The notes under the pieces are model-generated. The model made no database searches, was not told where the DNA came from, and was given only the letters and a program-made list of their open reading frames with translations. Below, piece after piece: positions 25,453-35,150 of a stretch of DNA of 64,000 nt; positions within the stretch are counted from its first letter, which is position 1; each line of letters begins with the position of its first letter. The translations under genes were made by a program, and so were the position numbers. The DNA is from a virus. The stretch is from IMG/VR virus record IMGVR_UViG_3300010885_018971, positions 1 through 64,000 of that record. One strand, 5' to 3'.

Positions 25453-26379
25453 ATGATGAATGAAAACGTGAAGGAAAACTCTGTGAAATCTCTTATCTCT
25501 TTTGACTCTGCCTCTGGTAAATTTGTTGGATCTCTGAACGGTAAGGTCGTGGTTCGTAGCAAGTACGAAGATGCCGTTAAGGCTCGTCTGGCTGAGATGT
25601 CTGGCACTGTGGCTGAGGCTGCTAAAGCGATTGATGCAAAGAACGAAAAGTACGGTATCAATGAGCGATTCTCTTTCGTGGAAAAGCTGGTGACCATGGT
25701 CGCTACTGGTGTCCAACCCTCTGCCGTGATCACTGGCGAAGGTGGTCTCGGTAAGACCTTCACTGTTACTAAGACCTTGGAAGCCAATGGTCTGCGTGAC
25801 ATCAGTGATTTGGCTGAGTTCCAAGTCGGTACTGTGTTAAATGCACGTAAGTGCTTTACCTTTGTTAAGGGTTACTCTACTCCCAAGGGTCTCTATCGTA
25901 CTCTGTTCGAGAACAACAAGGGTACTATCGTGTTTGATGACTGCGACGCTGTTCTTAAGGATCCCGTTGCACTTAACCTGCTCAAGTCCGCTCTTGACTC
26001 ATACGGTAAGCGTATCATCTCTTGGAATGCAGACATGAAGGATGAAGATCTGCCACGTAGCTTCAACTTCGAAGGTCGTGTTATCTTTATCTCTAACATG
26101 AGCCAAGACAAGATCGACCAAGCGATCCGTTCACGTTCTATGATGATCGACTTGTCCATGACACTGAACCAAAAGATCGATCGTATGGAGCACATCGCTC
26201 TGTCTCCTGAGTTCTTGCCTGAGTATAGTGCTGAGTGCAAGAAAGATGCGCTGGCGCTTATCCGTGAGATCAAAGATGACTGCAAAGAAATCTCTCTGCG
26301 TACTCTTATCTCTGTTACCAAGGTTCGCGCCAGTAACAAAGAGTGGAAAGACCTCGCTACTTACATGTTGACTGCTTAA
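25453..26379 (+). CDS. AAA+ ATPase
   Basis: GEGGLGKT Walker A, IVFDDCD Walker B, FISN sensor 1, AIRSR arginine finger. Confidence 0.88.
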   Translation: MMNENVKENSVKSLISFDSASGKFVGSLNGKVVVRSKYEDAVKARLAEMSGTVAEAAKAIDAKNEKYGINERFSFVEKLVTMVATGVQPSAVITGEGGLGKTFTVTKTLEANGLRDISDLAEFQVGTVLNARKCFTFVKGYSTPKGLYRTLFENNKGTIVFDDCDAVLKDPVALNLLKSALDSYGKRIISWNADMKDEDLPRSFNFEGRVIFISNMSQDKIDQAIRSRSMMIDLSMTLNQKIDRMEHIALSPEFLPEYSAECKKDALALIREIKDDCKEISLRTLISVTKVRASNKEWKDLATYMLTA

Positions 26380-26388
26380 GGAATAATT

Positions 26389-26583
26389 ATGAGTAAGATG
26401 GCTGAAATTGATATGGAAATTCGTGACCTTCTGGACACCACTAGGTGGTCTATAGATGAGATCGCCAACTACTGCCAATGCCCTGTAGCATGGGTTGAGG
26501 CAATAGTGGAGGAACGCTGGGTGGCTAGGCTTAATAGGAAGATGGATGAGGTCATGTCGCCTTATCAGACTTGCAACTCATGA
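26389..26583 (+). CDS. Small HTH-like protein
   Basis: SIDEIANYCQCPVAWV; AAGGA RBS. Confidence 0.55.
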   Translation: MSKMAEIDMEIRDLLDTTRWSIDEIANYCQCPVAWVEAIVEERWVARLNRKMDEVMSPYQTCNS

Positions 26584-26862
26584 GATAATATACTCAATTT
26601 CATCTTAGGGAAGTATATTCAGTGGGCGGGACTCCTACCCATAGATCCTATAGACGAAGTTAACCCATACCATCTTTTTTCTAAGGAACTCTAATCATGT
26701 ACCAAACCCTGCTGTGCTATCTAGAGGATATGTCATGGGAAGACGTCTTGATTGTATCTTTCTTCATGCTATTGGAAACAGGATTTATCTTAAGTGTTTC
26801 ATTTTCACTGCTCGCCTAAAATGTCCCGCAGTATTTTTTTACTTCAAAAAGGTTGCTAAGGT

Positions 26863-27084
26863 ATGAATTCCATTGAGATTACCATTTCCCGAGGTTTGGA
26901 CATTAATCTTATCCTACAGCAGATTGTTGATTGGGGTTTAACCCTAGATAATCTTACCATTTGTCGTAGGGACTCCTACATGATTGATCTTGGTATTTCT
27001 TCCAAGTATAACTTTGATCTTTGTTTGTTTGAGGAATTTCTTCAAGAGTTGGAATATGAGCATGATATGAAAGAATTAGCATGA
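26863..27084 (+). CDS. Hypothetical protein
   Basis: ORF track. Confidence 0.55.
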   Translation: MNSIEITISRGLDINLILQQIVDWGLTLDNLTICRRDSYMIDLGISSKYNFDLCLFEEFLQELEYEHDMKELA

Positions 27085-27186
27085 GTCTAGATAGAATTGC
27101 TGGTTTTGCATTTGTAGTGGCATTGGCTGTGTTTGTACACTGGTTCTTTGCGCTATGCTTTTTTATAATCTTTCTATGGTGATACT

Positions 27187-27528
27187 ATGAGTTTAGATGT
27201 TGATTTAATGGTGGTTCAGCCTGTATCGATTTACTCTGGGAATATTACTCACAATCTGGGTAAGATGGCTTCCGAGGTTAAGTTGAGTAATGGTAAGACT
27301 TTATATGATGTTCTTTGGCGACCTGATGAGCATGGGTTTAAGACTGGTGAGGATATTGCTGAACTTCTAGATGAAGGGTTTAATATTCTGCTCGCTTCTC
27401 CCGAAGAGTATAAGAAATATAACCCAGAGAATGGGTGGGGTTCCTATGATGGATTGGTGGATTTTGTTTATAAGTATCGTAACGCATGCTGGGATAGTCC
27501 AGAGGCAGAATTAAGGGTGAGTCGATGA
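27187..27528 (+). CDS. Hypothetical phage protein (NITHNL...NP.NGWGSY)
   Basis: Recurrent phage motif pattern. Confidence 0.75.
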   Translation: MSLDVDLMVVQPVSIYSGNITHNLGKMASEVKLSNGKTLYDVLWRPDEHGFKTGEDIAELLDEGFNILLASPEEYKKYNPENGWGSYDGLVDFVYKYRNACWDSPEAELRVSR

Positions 27529-27833
27529 GTTATGCACGATGGTCGAATAGTAGTTGGTATGCCTTCTACAATGTAAATGGTAGATTATCGCTTTGGTATG
27601 ACATGGATCATACCATTGATTGGGAGTATTCGGAACTGCAGGATATCATGTCCAAGGACTCCGAGAAGATTCCGCTATTCTTCATGGCGGTGTATAAGTG
27701 TACTGAGGAAGATGCTCAAGAAGCCATGGGCTATATTCGTTATTACCTGGAGGAATATGATCCCAAGGATAGTGGAGAGTATAACAAAGAAGTGGCTGAA
27801 TTCATAAAGAAATGGGAGAGTGAAGGTGAATAA
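27525..27833 (+). CDS. Hypothetical protein
   Basis: Coupled ORF. Confidence 0.65.
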   Translation: MSYARWSNSSWYAFYNVNGRLSLWYDMDHTIDWEYSELQDIMSKDSEKIPLFFMAVYKCTEEDAQEAMGYIRYYLEEYDPKDSGEYNKEVAEFIKKWESEGE

Positions 27834-28071
27834 GATCTGGAAACTAAAGTATGAGAATGGAACTTGGATAGTTCTGTTCCATCCGAACAATGGTGAGTTT
27901 ACTAACCTGTCCCCCGAGGATATGGCATCAGTCTTTAGGACCAAACCCTCTGTTGAGGATCTTAGGACTCAGGTATGGGCAGATGACCTTATTGAGCGAT
28001 ATCTTGATACCAAGGACTTCTCCGATGCAAAATCCCTGTTACAAAAATATCGCTTGCCTTGCAAGGAATAA
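27820..28071 (+). CDS. Hypothetical protein
   Basis: Coupled ORF. Confidence 0.55.
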   Translation: MKVNKIWKLKYENGTWIVLFHPNNGEFTNLSPEDMASVFRTKPSVEDLRTQVWADDLIERYLDTKDFSDAKSLLQKYRLPCKE

Positions 28072-28083
28072 TGGAGTATAATT

Positions 28084-28305
28084 ATGAATGATAAAGAAAT
28101 TATTGAAGTGGCACAAAAAGTTGATGATACAATGTATAAACTCATTGAGGAATACGAGATCTCTCCGCTGATCGTTGGAAGCATTGTTCTTGCACGATTG
28201 ATGGTTCTGACTGACATGACTGAAGAAAATAATGATTTTAGAAAGATTCTAAGATCTGCACTGGCCACGCCCAGTAAACCCTTAACTGAAAGGACTATAC
28301 AATGA
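28084..28305 (+). CDS. Hypothetical protein
   Basis: GGAG RBS; TTGCCT-17-TATAAT at 28054-28082. Confidence 0.65.
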   Translation: MNDKEIIEVAQKVDDTMYKLIEEYEISPLIVGSIVLARLMVLTDMTEENNDFRKILRSALATPSKPLTERTIQ

Positions 28306-29210
28306 AGATCGCTACCTGCTCTGACATTCACTTGGAATTCGGTGAAATCGAATTAAAGAATCCCAGTGATGTTGAAGTATTGATTTTGTCTGGTGACATC
28401 TGCGTTGCAGCGGATATCTTACCACTCAATGAAAAAGAATTACCAGGTTTTGCCAATGCAAAGTCTGAAATGATCCATGAGTTCTTTCAGAATTGCTGCA
28501 GAGAATTCAAACATGTGATTTATATTGCTGGTAATCATGAGCACTATCATGGTGACTACATCAAGACCATTCCCAAGTTAAAAGAACTTCTGGGATATAA
28601 CGTCAATCTTCATATTCTTGACAAAGAACGTGTTGAGTTCAATAACGTAGTGTTTCTTGGTGGTACTCTCTGGACCGACATGAACAAAGAAGATCCTAAA
28701 ACATTAGCTCAGATTCGTGGTATGATGAATGATTTTAGAACTGTTGAAAAGAGTGATGAAGTGGTTCACTACAAGACTCCGATCTATGCCGTTAAGGAAG
28801 ACGGTAGCTATGATTATGATAATGTAGTGAGCATGGAATTTCATACTCGCACAGCAAAGTTTTCCCCGCAGGATGCTGTGGTGGATCACAAAGCCATGCT
28901 TGAGTTTATTGATTCACAATACAAAGATATTCCTCCATGGAAAACGATTGTAGTTGTTGGTCACCATTCTCCCAGCAAAACATCTACACACCCTCGTTAT
29001 AGGAAAGAAGAGTTGATGAATGGTGGATACAGTTCTGATCTTGATAATTTTATCCTAGATCGTCCAGGTATCAAACTTTGGACTCATGGACATACTCATG
29101 AGGATTTTGACTACATGATTGGTAATTGTCGTATTGTTTGTAATCCTCGTGGTTACATTCACTACGAAGATCGTGCTGATCGTTTTGAATTAAAGGTGGT
29201 TGAAGTATGA
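28302..29210 (+). CDS. Calcineurin-like metallophosphoesterase
   Basis: SDIHLE, GDI, GNHE, HH.P, HGHTH, NPRGY. Confidence 0.9.
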   Translation: MKIATCSDIHLEFGEIELKNPSDVEVLILSGDICVAADILPLNEKELPGFANAKSEMIHEFFQNCCREFKHVIYIAGNHEHYHGDYIKTIPKLKELLGYNVNLHILDKERVEFNNVVFLGGTLWTDMNKEDPKTLAQIRGMMNDFRTVEKSDEVVHYKTPIYAVKEDGSYDYDNVVSMEFHTRTAKFSPQDAVVDHKAMLEFIDSQYKDIPPWKTIVVVGHHSPSKTSTHPRYRKEELMNGGYSSDLDNFILDRPGIKLWTHGHTHEDFDYMIGNCRIVCNPRGYIHYEDRADRFELKVVEV

Positions 29211-29383
29211 GTACATATGTAATTACAGTTGAGGAAGATCCAGAGACTGGAGAATTAGTTCTTCCTTTCTCTGACGAAATGCTTGCTGAAGTTGGTTGGG
29301 CAGCTGGCGATATACTTAATTGGGAAATACAAGATGATGGTTCATGGACATTAAGGAAAAAAGATGGAAACGAACCAGTGTGA
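29207..29383 (+). CDS. AbrB/MazE-like small protein (58 aa)
   Basis: Read by hand: GELVLPF..EML.EVGW..GD.L.W. Confidence 0.65.
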   Translation: MSTYVITVEEDPETGELVLPFSDEMLAEVGWAAGDILNWEIQDDGSWTLRKKDGNEPV

Positions 29384-29500
29384 GTACGCAGACTCTGCAC
29401 TTGAGCATTACATGAAGAAGTGCATGCGTTTAGAAGAAGAAAATCGTGAATTGAAAAAACAAATTGAAAAATTACTTTGGATGATAGAGGAGAAAGATTA

Positions 29501-29797
29501 ATGAGCAAATTTACTTTTATGTGTGAAGACGAACCGATGCCTTTTGCAGATGCAGTAACAACCAAAAGAACATTTGAATTCAGTGCAGTATCGTTGAATG
29601 ATATTATTCAAGAATTTGAATACTTCTTGAAGGGTGCTGGCTTCTATATTAATGGAACTCTTGATGTTGTTCCTGAAGAAGAATGCGATTATAACCCAGA
29701 TGCAAATTTAGAATTATATGATGCAATGGACTTACCGCAAACAATCCACAGTCATCATTATTATGATACAGAACGTAACAAACCAATAAAGGCTTAA
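29501..29797 (+). CDS. Hypothetical protein
   Basis: GAGGAG RBS; FE.FLKG.GF. Confidence 0.7.
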   Translation: MSKFTFMCEDEPMPFADAVTTKRTFEFSAVSLNDIIQEFEYFLKGAGFYINGTLDVVPEEECDYNPDANLELYDAMDLPQTIHSHHYYDTERNKPIKA

Positions 29798-29798
29798 A

Positions 29799-30173
29799 AT
29801 GACAAAAGTATTTACAGACGTAAGCGTATTTCTGAGTGCGTGTGGTCAAGAGGTTCCCTCTAAACCATCTGCACCATCTGAACTATCAACCCTATACATG
29901 AAGTTAATTCAAGAAGAGTTTATTGAACTCTTCACTGCAATTAAGAATGATAACAACACTGAACAACTAGATGGATGTTTTGATCTAATTTGGGTGGTTG
30001 TTGGGTACATGAAGGCACGTGGCTGGGATTGCGAAGCTGCATGGGATGAAGGCGCAAGATCTAATCTTGCAAAAATTGACCCTGTTACTGGTAATGTTAT
30101 ACGTCGCGAAGATGGTAAGATTCTTAAACCAGAGGGCTGGACACCACCTAACTTTGCGAAATTTGTCGCTTGA
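29799..30173 (+). CDS. MazG/PRA-PH-like NTP pyrophosphohydrolase
   Basis: LIQEEF.EL, D...DL, SN.AK, RREDGKILKP. Confidence 0.85.
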   Translation: MTKVFTDVSVFLSACGQEVPSKPSAPSELSTLYMKLIQEEFIELFTAIKNDNNTEQLDGCFDLIWVVVGYMKARGWDCEAAWDEGARSNLAKIDPVTGNVIRREDGKILKPEGWTPPNFAKFVA

Positions 30174-30198
30174 CTTTAATTGATATTTCAGGTATAAT
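30170..30198 (+). promoter_or_regulatory. sigma70-type promoter (leaderless transcript)
   Basis: TTGACT-17-TATAAT; ATG at 30205. Confidence 0.85.
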
Positions 30199-30204
30199 TA
30201 TATT

Positions 30205-30711
30205 ATGATTATTACACTATTTTTAGATATGGATGGCGTGCTTTGCAACTTTGACAAAGCATACAGTAAACTCACAGAGATTCGTGAGAAAGATCATAAG
30301 CAATTTCGTAATGCCGTAATGAACTATAAGATTTTTGAAGATCTTGAGTTCATGCCTGATGCGCAAGAATTGCTGAATCACGTCTCCAAACTAAATGGTG
30401 TTCAAGTTGAAATTCTAACATCCATGGGTACTTTTGAAACTGATATGGGTAATCAAGCAAAACAACAAAAGATGCGTTGGTTGGATTCTAAAAACATTCC
30501 ATACAAAGCAAACTTTGTTCGTTCAAAACAAGAGAAGGCTATGTACGCTAATCCGTATACAATATTGATTGATGACTCAACTGGTTGCGTTAAGCCATTT
30601 GAAGTTGCTGGTGGTCATGCAATCCTTCATACAAGTTCCAAACAATCCATTAAAGATTTAAACTCAATTATTCCTCAGATCGGTGCTTTGTCTGCCGTGA
30701 GGTTTATATGA
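30205..30711 (+). CDS. HAD-family 5'(3')-deoxyribonucleotidase-like
   Basis: LDMDGVL, ILTS, ILIDD. Confidence 0.85.
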   Translation: MIITLFLDMDGVLCNFDKAYSKLTEIREKDHKQFRNAVMNYKIFEDLEFMPDAQELLNHVSKLNGVQVEILTSMGTFETDMGNQAKQQKMRWLDSKNIPYKANFVRSKQEKAMYANPYTILIDDSTGCVKPFEVAGGHAILHTSSKQSIKDLNSIIPQIGALSAVRFI

Positions 30712-30998
30712 ATGATTTATTAAAACCAACATTTGATTGGATACGTGATGACTTTAAATCTAACCGAGTTCGCTTTGTTATTGAGTTGCTTGCTTGGGCT
30801 ATCAGTGTGGGTTGCTCGATTACTATGGCAGTCACAGTCCCCAACCCTCCGCTTCTTGCTCTTTATCCCATTTGGATCACTGGTTGTGCTTTGTATGCTT
30901 GGGCTAGTTGGACTAGGAAATCTTTTGGCATGCTCGCTAACTATCTACTGTTAACTACTATTGATACTGTTGGTTTACTTCGAATGCTATGGATATAA
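30708..30998 (+). CDS. Three-TM membrane protein
   Basis: Hydrophobic profile. Confidence 0.7.
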   Translation: MNDLLKPTFDWIRDDFKSNRVRFVIELLAWAISVGCSITMAVTVPNPPLLALYPIWITGCALYAWASWTRKSFGMLANYLLLTTIDTVGLLRMLWI

Positions 30999-31462
30999 AA
31001 TTAGTTGAAATAACTTTGCCAGAAACTTTTGTTAATAGTGTTTTAGCATTACGTGGCGTAGCCAAATCTGTTAAAAGAAGTAACAAAGGTGGCTGGCATA
31101 GTCATCGTTGCAATCGTGAAACCTACTCATGGGCATCAGAAGTTGTAGATGATGTACAAAACTCAGTTGGTATTGACGGAGAAATAACTTACTGGTATAA
31201 TATTAATACTGGTAGCGATTACAATGAGTGGCATGATCACGATAGGGGTGATACTGATCAGGTGTGTGGTGTCCTCTATCTTCAAGTTCCTGAAAATGCT
31301 GGCGACTTTGAATATAAAATTAGAAAAGAAACTTTTCGGATTAAACCATATGCTGGATTATTGTTGTCATTTCCTGATGATTTAAAGCATCGTGTTTTGC
31401 CAAACGATGGTAATGGTGAAAGAGTCTCAATGGCTTTTAATTTTTGGAAAATGTTAAAGTGA
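30989..31462 (+). CDS. Putative 2OG-Fe(II) oxygenase
   Basis: GGWHS, W.NIN, HDH, GVLYL, FP..L.H.V, R.SMAFN. Confidence 0.8.
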   Translation: MDIKLVEITLPETFVNSVLALRGVAKSVKRSNKGGWHSHRCNRETYSWASEVVDDVQNSVGIDGEITYWYNINTGSDYNEWHDHDRGDTDQVCGVLYLQVPENAGDFEYKIRKETFRIKPYAGLLLSFPDDLKHRVLPNDGNGERVSMAFNFWKMLK

Positions 31463-32070
31463 ATATATTTTATCTACACGAAGATACTACAGAATGCGCA
31501 AAACAGCATCTTGACAAACATGTCGTTAAGATGATTCTAGAATATGCACAACTTCTTTCTACTGCTCATCGTTTACTAGATGGATATGAGTATGAAGGTA
31601 AGTCTATTTCTGGACGTAAAGCCATGAGATGGAAACTAGATGATTCTCGTGAAGATAATTTATACATGGCATCACACATGAAACACCCATCTGGGATTTG
31701 GTGTCGTGAAACTTCTGCAAACTATACATGGTTATACTCTTTGTGGAGAGATCTTATGAAAGAATATACATTTCGTTACGGTAAACACCATGTTGCAGAA
31801 AGATTAATTCCTTTCCTTGATAATTTACCAACAAACATAAAATTTGGTGATATCACTCCAATGCCGCAATGTATGCCTGAAGACTACAAAGTCCCAACAG
31901 ATTCTATCCAAGCATATCATAACTATTACATCAATGACAAACAACCATTTGCTGTTTGGACGAATAGACCAATTCCAAACTGGTTTGTATCTGCTTGGCG
32001 TATTAAAAACCACAAGGCTATTGCTTTAATTACTGAAAATAAAGTAAAGTTCAAAATGATTCCAGCATAA
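31459..32070 (+). CDS. DenV-related pyrimidine dimer DNA glycosylase family protein
   Basis: NIFYL, DKHVVKMILE.AQLLSTAH, HP..IW, PQCMP. Confidence 0.75.
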   Translation: MNIFYLHEDTTECAKQHLDKHVVKMILEYAQLLSTAHRLLDGYEYEGKSISGRKAMRWKLDDSREDNLYMASHMKHPSGIWCRETSANYTWLYSLWRDLMKEYTFRYGKHHVAERLIPFLDNLPTNIKFGDITPMPQCMPEDYKVPTDSIQAYHNYYINDKQPFAVWTNRPIPNWFVSAWRIKNHKAIALITENKVKFKMIPA

Positions 32071-32102
32071 TGATCTAGCTAAATAGAAAAGAAGGAGTTA
32101 TT

Positions 32103-32348
32103 ATGCCAACATATTTGTTTAAGAATACCGAAACAGGTGAAGTCTTTGAAAAGGTTATGAAAATAGCCGAATTTGATTCATACAAAGAACAAAACCCCAC
32201 CCACGAAAGATACTATGATGGTTTCGCGCCAGCATTTGCGGGAGACCATGTTTCAATTAAAAAGGACACAGGATTTAAGGAGGTGCTACAAAGGGTACAC
32301 GAAAAAACACCAGGAAGTCAATTAAATACTTTATCGTCTCAAATCTAA
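32103..32348 (+). CDS. FmdB-like small protein (Cys lost)
   Basis: MPTY.F.N..TGE.FE; upstream of phoH. Confidence 0.65.
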   Translation: MPTYLFKNTETGEVFEKVMKIAEFDSYKEQNPTHERYYDGFAPAFAGDHVSIKKDTGFKEVLQRVHEKTPGSQLNTLSSQI

Positions 32349-32359
32349 GGAAACTCTTA

Positions 32360-33127
32360 ATGGCTCGAACAGCAGCAAAACCAAAACCAATAGATAATGT
32401 ACAAGGTGAGCCAAGATTAAAAGCAGTAAACAATACGCTAAAAATAAGAATTGATGATTTAAAAACTTTTGATCCATTGACGGGAAATCAAAAGTTATTT
32501 TTTGATGCGTATAAACGTGGAGATTACTTTGTTGCACTACATGGTGTTGCTGGAACTGGTAAAACATTTTGTGCTTTGTATAAAGCCATTGAAGAAGTAT
32601 TGGAGAAATCAAATCCATTCAACAAGATTATCGTAGTTCGATCTGCGGTTCAATCTCGTGAGATCGGTCATCTTCCAGGTGATGTAAATGAGAAGATGGA
32701 AATTTATGAACAACCATATCGTCAAATCTGTCAGACACTGTTTGATCGTAAAGACGCCTGGGATAGATTAGAAGAACAAGGTCATATTACTTTTATTTCT
32801 ACATCATTCATTCGTGGTATGTCCTTTGACGATGCTATCATTATTGTTGATGAGATGCAGAATTTGACTTATGAGGAGATTGATACCGTTATGACTCGTG
32901 TCGGTTATCGATCAAAGATTATTTGGTGTGGTGATTATCGCCAGACTGACTTGAATAAAAGAAAGAACGATGTTACTGGAATTTTAAAATTCTTTGACAT
33001 TGCTCAACACATGAGCGCATTCACTCGTATTGAGTTTACTGTTGATGATATTGTTAGATCATCTCTTGTGAAAGATTATATCTTGGCAAAACTCAGATAT
33101 GAAGACTTCGAGGATAAAAAGAAATGA
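32360..33127 (+). CDS. phoH: PhoH-like ATPase
   Basis: GVAGTGKT, IGHLPG, RGMSF, DEMQN, GD.RQ.D, DIVRS. Confidence 0.95.
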   Translation: MARTAAKPKPIDNVQGEPRLKAVNNTLKIRIDDLKTFDPLTGNQKLFFDAYKRGDYFVALHGVAGTGKTFCALYKAIEEVLEKSNPFNKIIVVRSAVQSREIGHLPGDVNEKMEIYEQPYRQICQTLFDRKDAWDRLEEQGHITFISTSFIRGMSFDDAIIIVDEMQNLTYEEIDTVMTRVGYRSKIIWCGDYRQTDLNKRKNDVTGILKFFDIAQHMSAFTRIEFTVDDIVRSSLVKDYILAKLRYEDFEDKKK

Positions 33128-33744
33128 TAACTGGCGAACAATTCAATCACCTATTCCCACGCAACCCTGATCCAGAGTTGTGGGCAAATTCCATGGCTGA
33201 AGTATTTCCAACTTATGAAATCAATACCCCACGTAGAGTTGCTGCATTCCTTGCTCAGTGTGGCCATGAGTCTGGTGGGTGGACAATATTCCAAGAAAAT
33301 CTAAACTACTCTGCGCAGGGTTTGAATAGCATTTTCAAGAAGTACTTTCCAACTATTGAATCGGCACAGCCATATGCTCGTAAACCAGAAATGATTGCCA
33401 ACAAGATCTATGCAAATCGCATGGGTAATGGTGCACCAGAAACTGGTGATGGATGGAAATATCGTGGACGTGGACCAATTCAATTAACTGGTTCTGCCAA
33501 CTACAAAGCATTTGCTCAAGAAATGTTTGACGACTGGGAAAATCTTTACAACAATCCAGATTGGGTTACTGAAGATAAGGACTTTGCTTTGATGTCAGCT
33601 ATTTGGTTCTGGAATAAAAACAAACTAAATGCTCTTGCTGACATTGAAGATATTAAGACAATGACTAAGCGCATTAATGGTGGTTACCTTGGACTCGAAG
33701 ACCGCATTAAACATTATAATGAATGTATCCACTTGTTAGGTTAA
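33124..33744 (+). CDS. Endolysin, glycoside hydrolase family 19
   Basis: AAFLAQCGHES, ENLNYS, YRGRGPIQLTG..NY, INGG..GL.DR. Confidence 0.92.
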   Translation: MITGEQFNHLFPRNPDPELWANSMAEVFPTYEINTPRRVAAFLAQCGHESGGWTIFQENLNYSAQGLNSIFKKYFPTIESAQPYARKPEMIANKIYANRMGNGAPETGDGWKYRGRGPIQLTGSANYKAFAQEMFDDWENLYNNPDWVTEDKDFALMSAIWFWNKNKLNALADIEDIKTMTKRINGGYLGLEDRIKHYNECIHLLG

Positions 33745-34398
33745 ATGAAAAACTTTATACACCATGAATTCGATAAACTCCAACGTGAAACCTCTCCCAA
33801 TGGTAAAAGAGTTTACAAAACTCCGTCAGGTAGAGCCTATCCTAGCGTCACAACAGTTACAGGACTCCACTCAGCAAAATCAATCGCACAGTGGCGAGCA
33901 AGAGTCGGAGAAGCAGAAGCCAACAGAATCTCAGGTCGCGCAAGTGCACGTGGCACAAGAATCCACAGTCTCTGCGAATCATTCCTCCGCAATGAAAGAT
34001 GTGAGCCTGATATCTTCGATAGAGAATTATTTGAAGGAATTTCACCCCACCTTGAAGAAATAGATAATATACATGCGCTTGAAGATCCTCTGTACTCAGA
34101 TCATCTTGAAGTTGCGGGAACTGTTGATTGTATTGCTGAGTTTAGAGGTAAGTTATCGGTTATAGATTTTAAGACTTCTAGTAAAGTAAAAACTCGTGAT
34201 AATATTCACAACTACTTTATGCAAACATCTGCATATGCTGTTGCGTTTGAAGAAAGAACTGGTATTCCTGTTGGTAAACTTGTAATTATAATGGGGATAG
34301 ATAATGAAGATCCGATAGTGTTTGTTGAGAAACGTGATGATTGGATTGATGGTTTTTGTAAGCTAAGATTAGACTACAAAAATAAATTTGCTTTGTAA
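33745..34398 (+). CDS. PD-(D/E)XK exonuclease
   Basis: YPSVTTV, RGT..H, AGTVD, IDFKTS, Q..AYA. Confidence 0.88.
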   Translation: MKNFIHHEFDKLQRETSPNGKRVYKTPSGRAYPSVTTVTGLHSAKSIAQWRARVGEAEANRISGRASARGTRIHSLCESFLRNERCEPDIFDRELFEGISPHLEEIDNIHALEDPLYSDHLEVAGTVDCIAEFRGKLSVIDFKTSSKVKTRDNIHNYFMQTSAYAVAFEERTGIPVGKLVIIMGIDNEDPIVFVEKRDDWIDGFCKLRLDYKNKFAL

Positions 34399-34417
34399 AT
34401 AAATAAGAGGTATAATT

Positions 34418-34585
34418 ATGTTATGTGATAAAGTTGAGATTGGACCCAGTATTATTATTCTAGACAAAGAGGTGACGTTAAGTTCGTTGCCTGGATGGGT
34501 AGAAGGTGATATGTTCAAATTGATTATTGGTGCAAATGGAAATGTTACATTTATCAAGGTTACCCAACCTGGAGGTGTAATGTAG
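34418..34585 (+). CDS. Small AbrB-like protein (55 aa)
   Basis: Read by hand; GW.EGD.F; TTGCTT-17-TATAAT at 34388-34416. Confidence 0.45.
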   Translation: MLCDKVEIGPSIIILDKEVTLSSLPGWVEGDMFKLIIGANGNVTFIKVTQPGGVM

Positions 34586-34848
34586 TATTGCTGTATGAAA
34601 TGATGTAAAAGGTGTTCTGGACGGGAGTTCGATTCTCCCCACCTCCACCAAAATTCATTATTGTGTAGTAGTGAGTTTTGGTGGGGGTGACTAGGTTTCG
34701 ACAGGGCAATAAGTAACTGAGTGGACAGCACGAGACAGATACTCGTAAAAAGTAAATAAAGTAAACGCAAACGACTCACAGTTCGCATTGGCAGCCTAAA
34801 CGCTGACTAGGGTTTCGGTAGGTTTCCTCGTAACAGAATAACCTACCA
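34586..34848 (+). ncRNA. ssrA: Circularly permuted (two-piece) tmRNA, tag ANDSQFALAA
   Basis: T-arm plus CACCTCC-A-CCA (ends 34650) precedes GGGGGTGA..TTCGAC (34683); G3-U70; hairpin spacer; tag frame 34767-34799. Confidence 0.9.
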
Positions 34849-34967
34849 CTGTTAGTTAGTCTATGCTTGATGCCAGCAACCGATACCTTAGTATCTCGTA
34901 CTGAACACATTGCGACGAATCTGACAAGTTGATAGTATTTTTTAAAACTTTTTCTAAGGAAATTCAA

Positions 34968-35150
34968 ATGAAAACATTGATCGCTACAATTTTGTCCGCA
35001 TTCGCATTAACATCTTTCGCTGCTGACGCACCTAAACCTGCTCCAGCTGCACCTGCTGCTGCACCTTCTGCTCCAGCTGCACCAGCAGCTAAAAAAGTAG
35101 AAGAGAAGAAAGTGGAAGCTAAGAAAGAAGAAAAGAAAGCATCTAAGTAA
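34968..35150 (+). CDS. Secreted Ala/Pro/Lys-rich small protein
   Basis: Signal peptide ending SFA, PAAPA repeats. Confidence 0.7.
   Translation: MKTLIATILSAFALTSFAADAPKPAPAAPAAAPSAPAAPAAKKVEEKKVEAKKEEKKASK

Noticed and set aside
33745-34398. Cas4/CRISPR link, and nested ORF 33764-34063
   Set aside because: Common stand-alone phage exonuclease without a Cys cluster; nested ORF lacks a convincing RBS.
34615-34650. Apparent tRNA 3' half suggesting an attP site or pseudo-tRNA
   Set aside because: Explained as the acceptor piece of the permuted tmRNA; no integrase in window.
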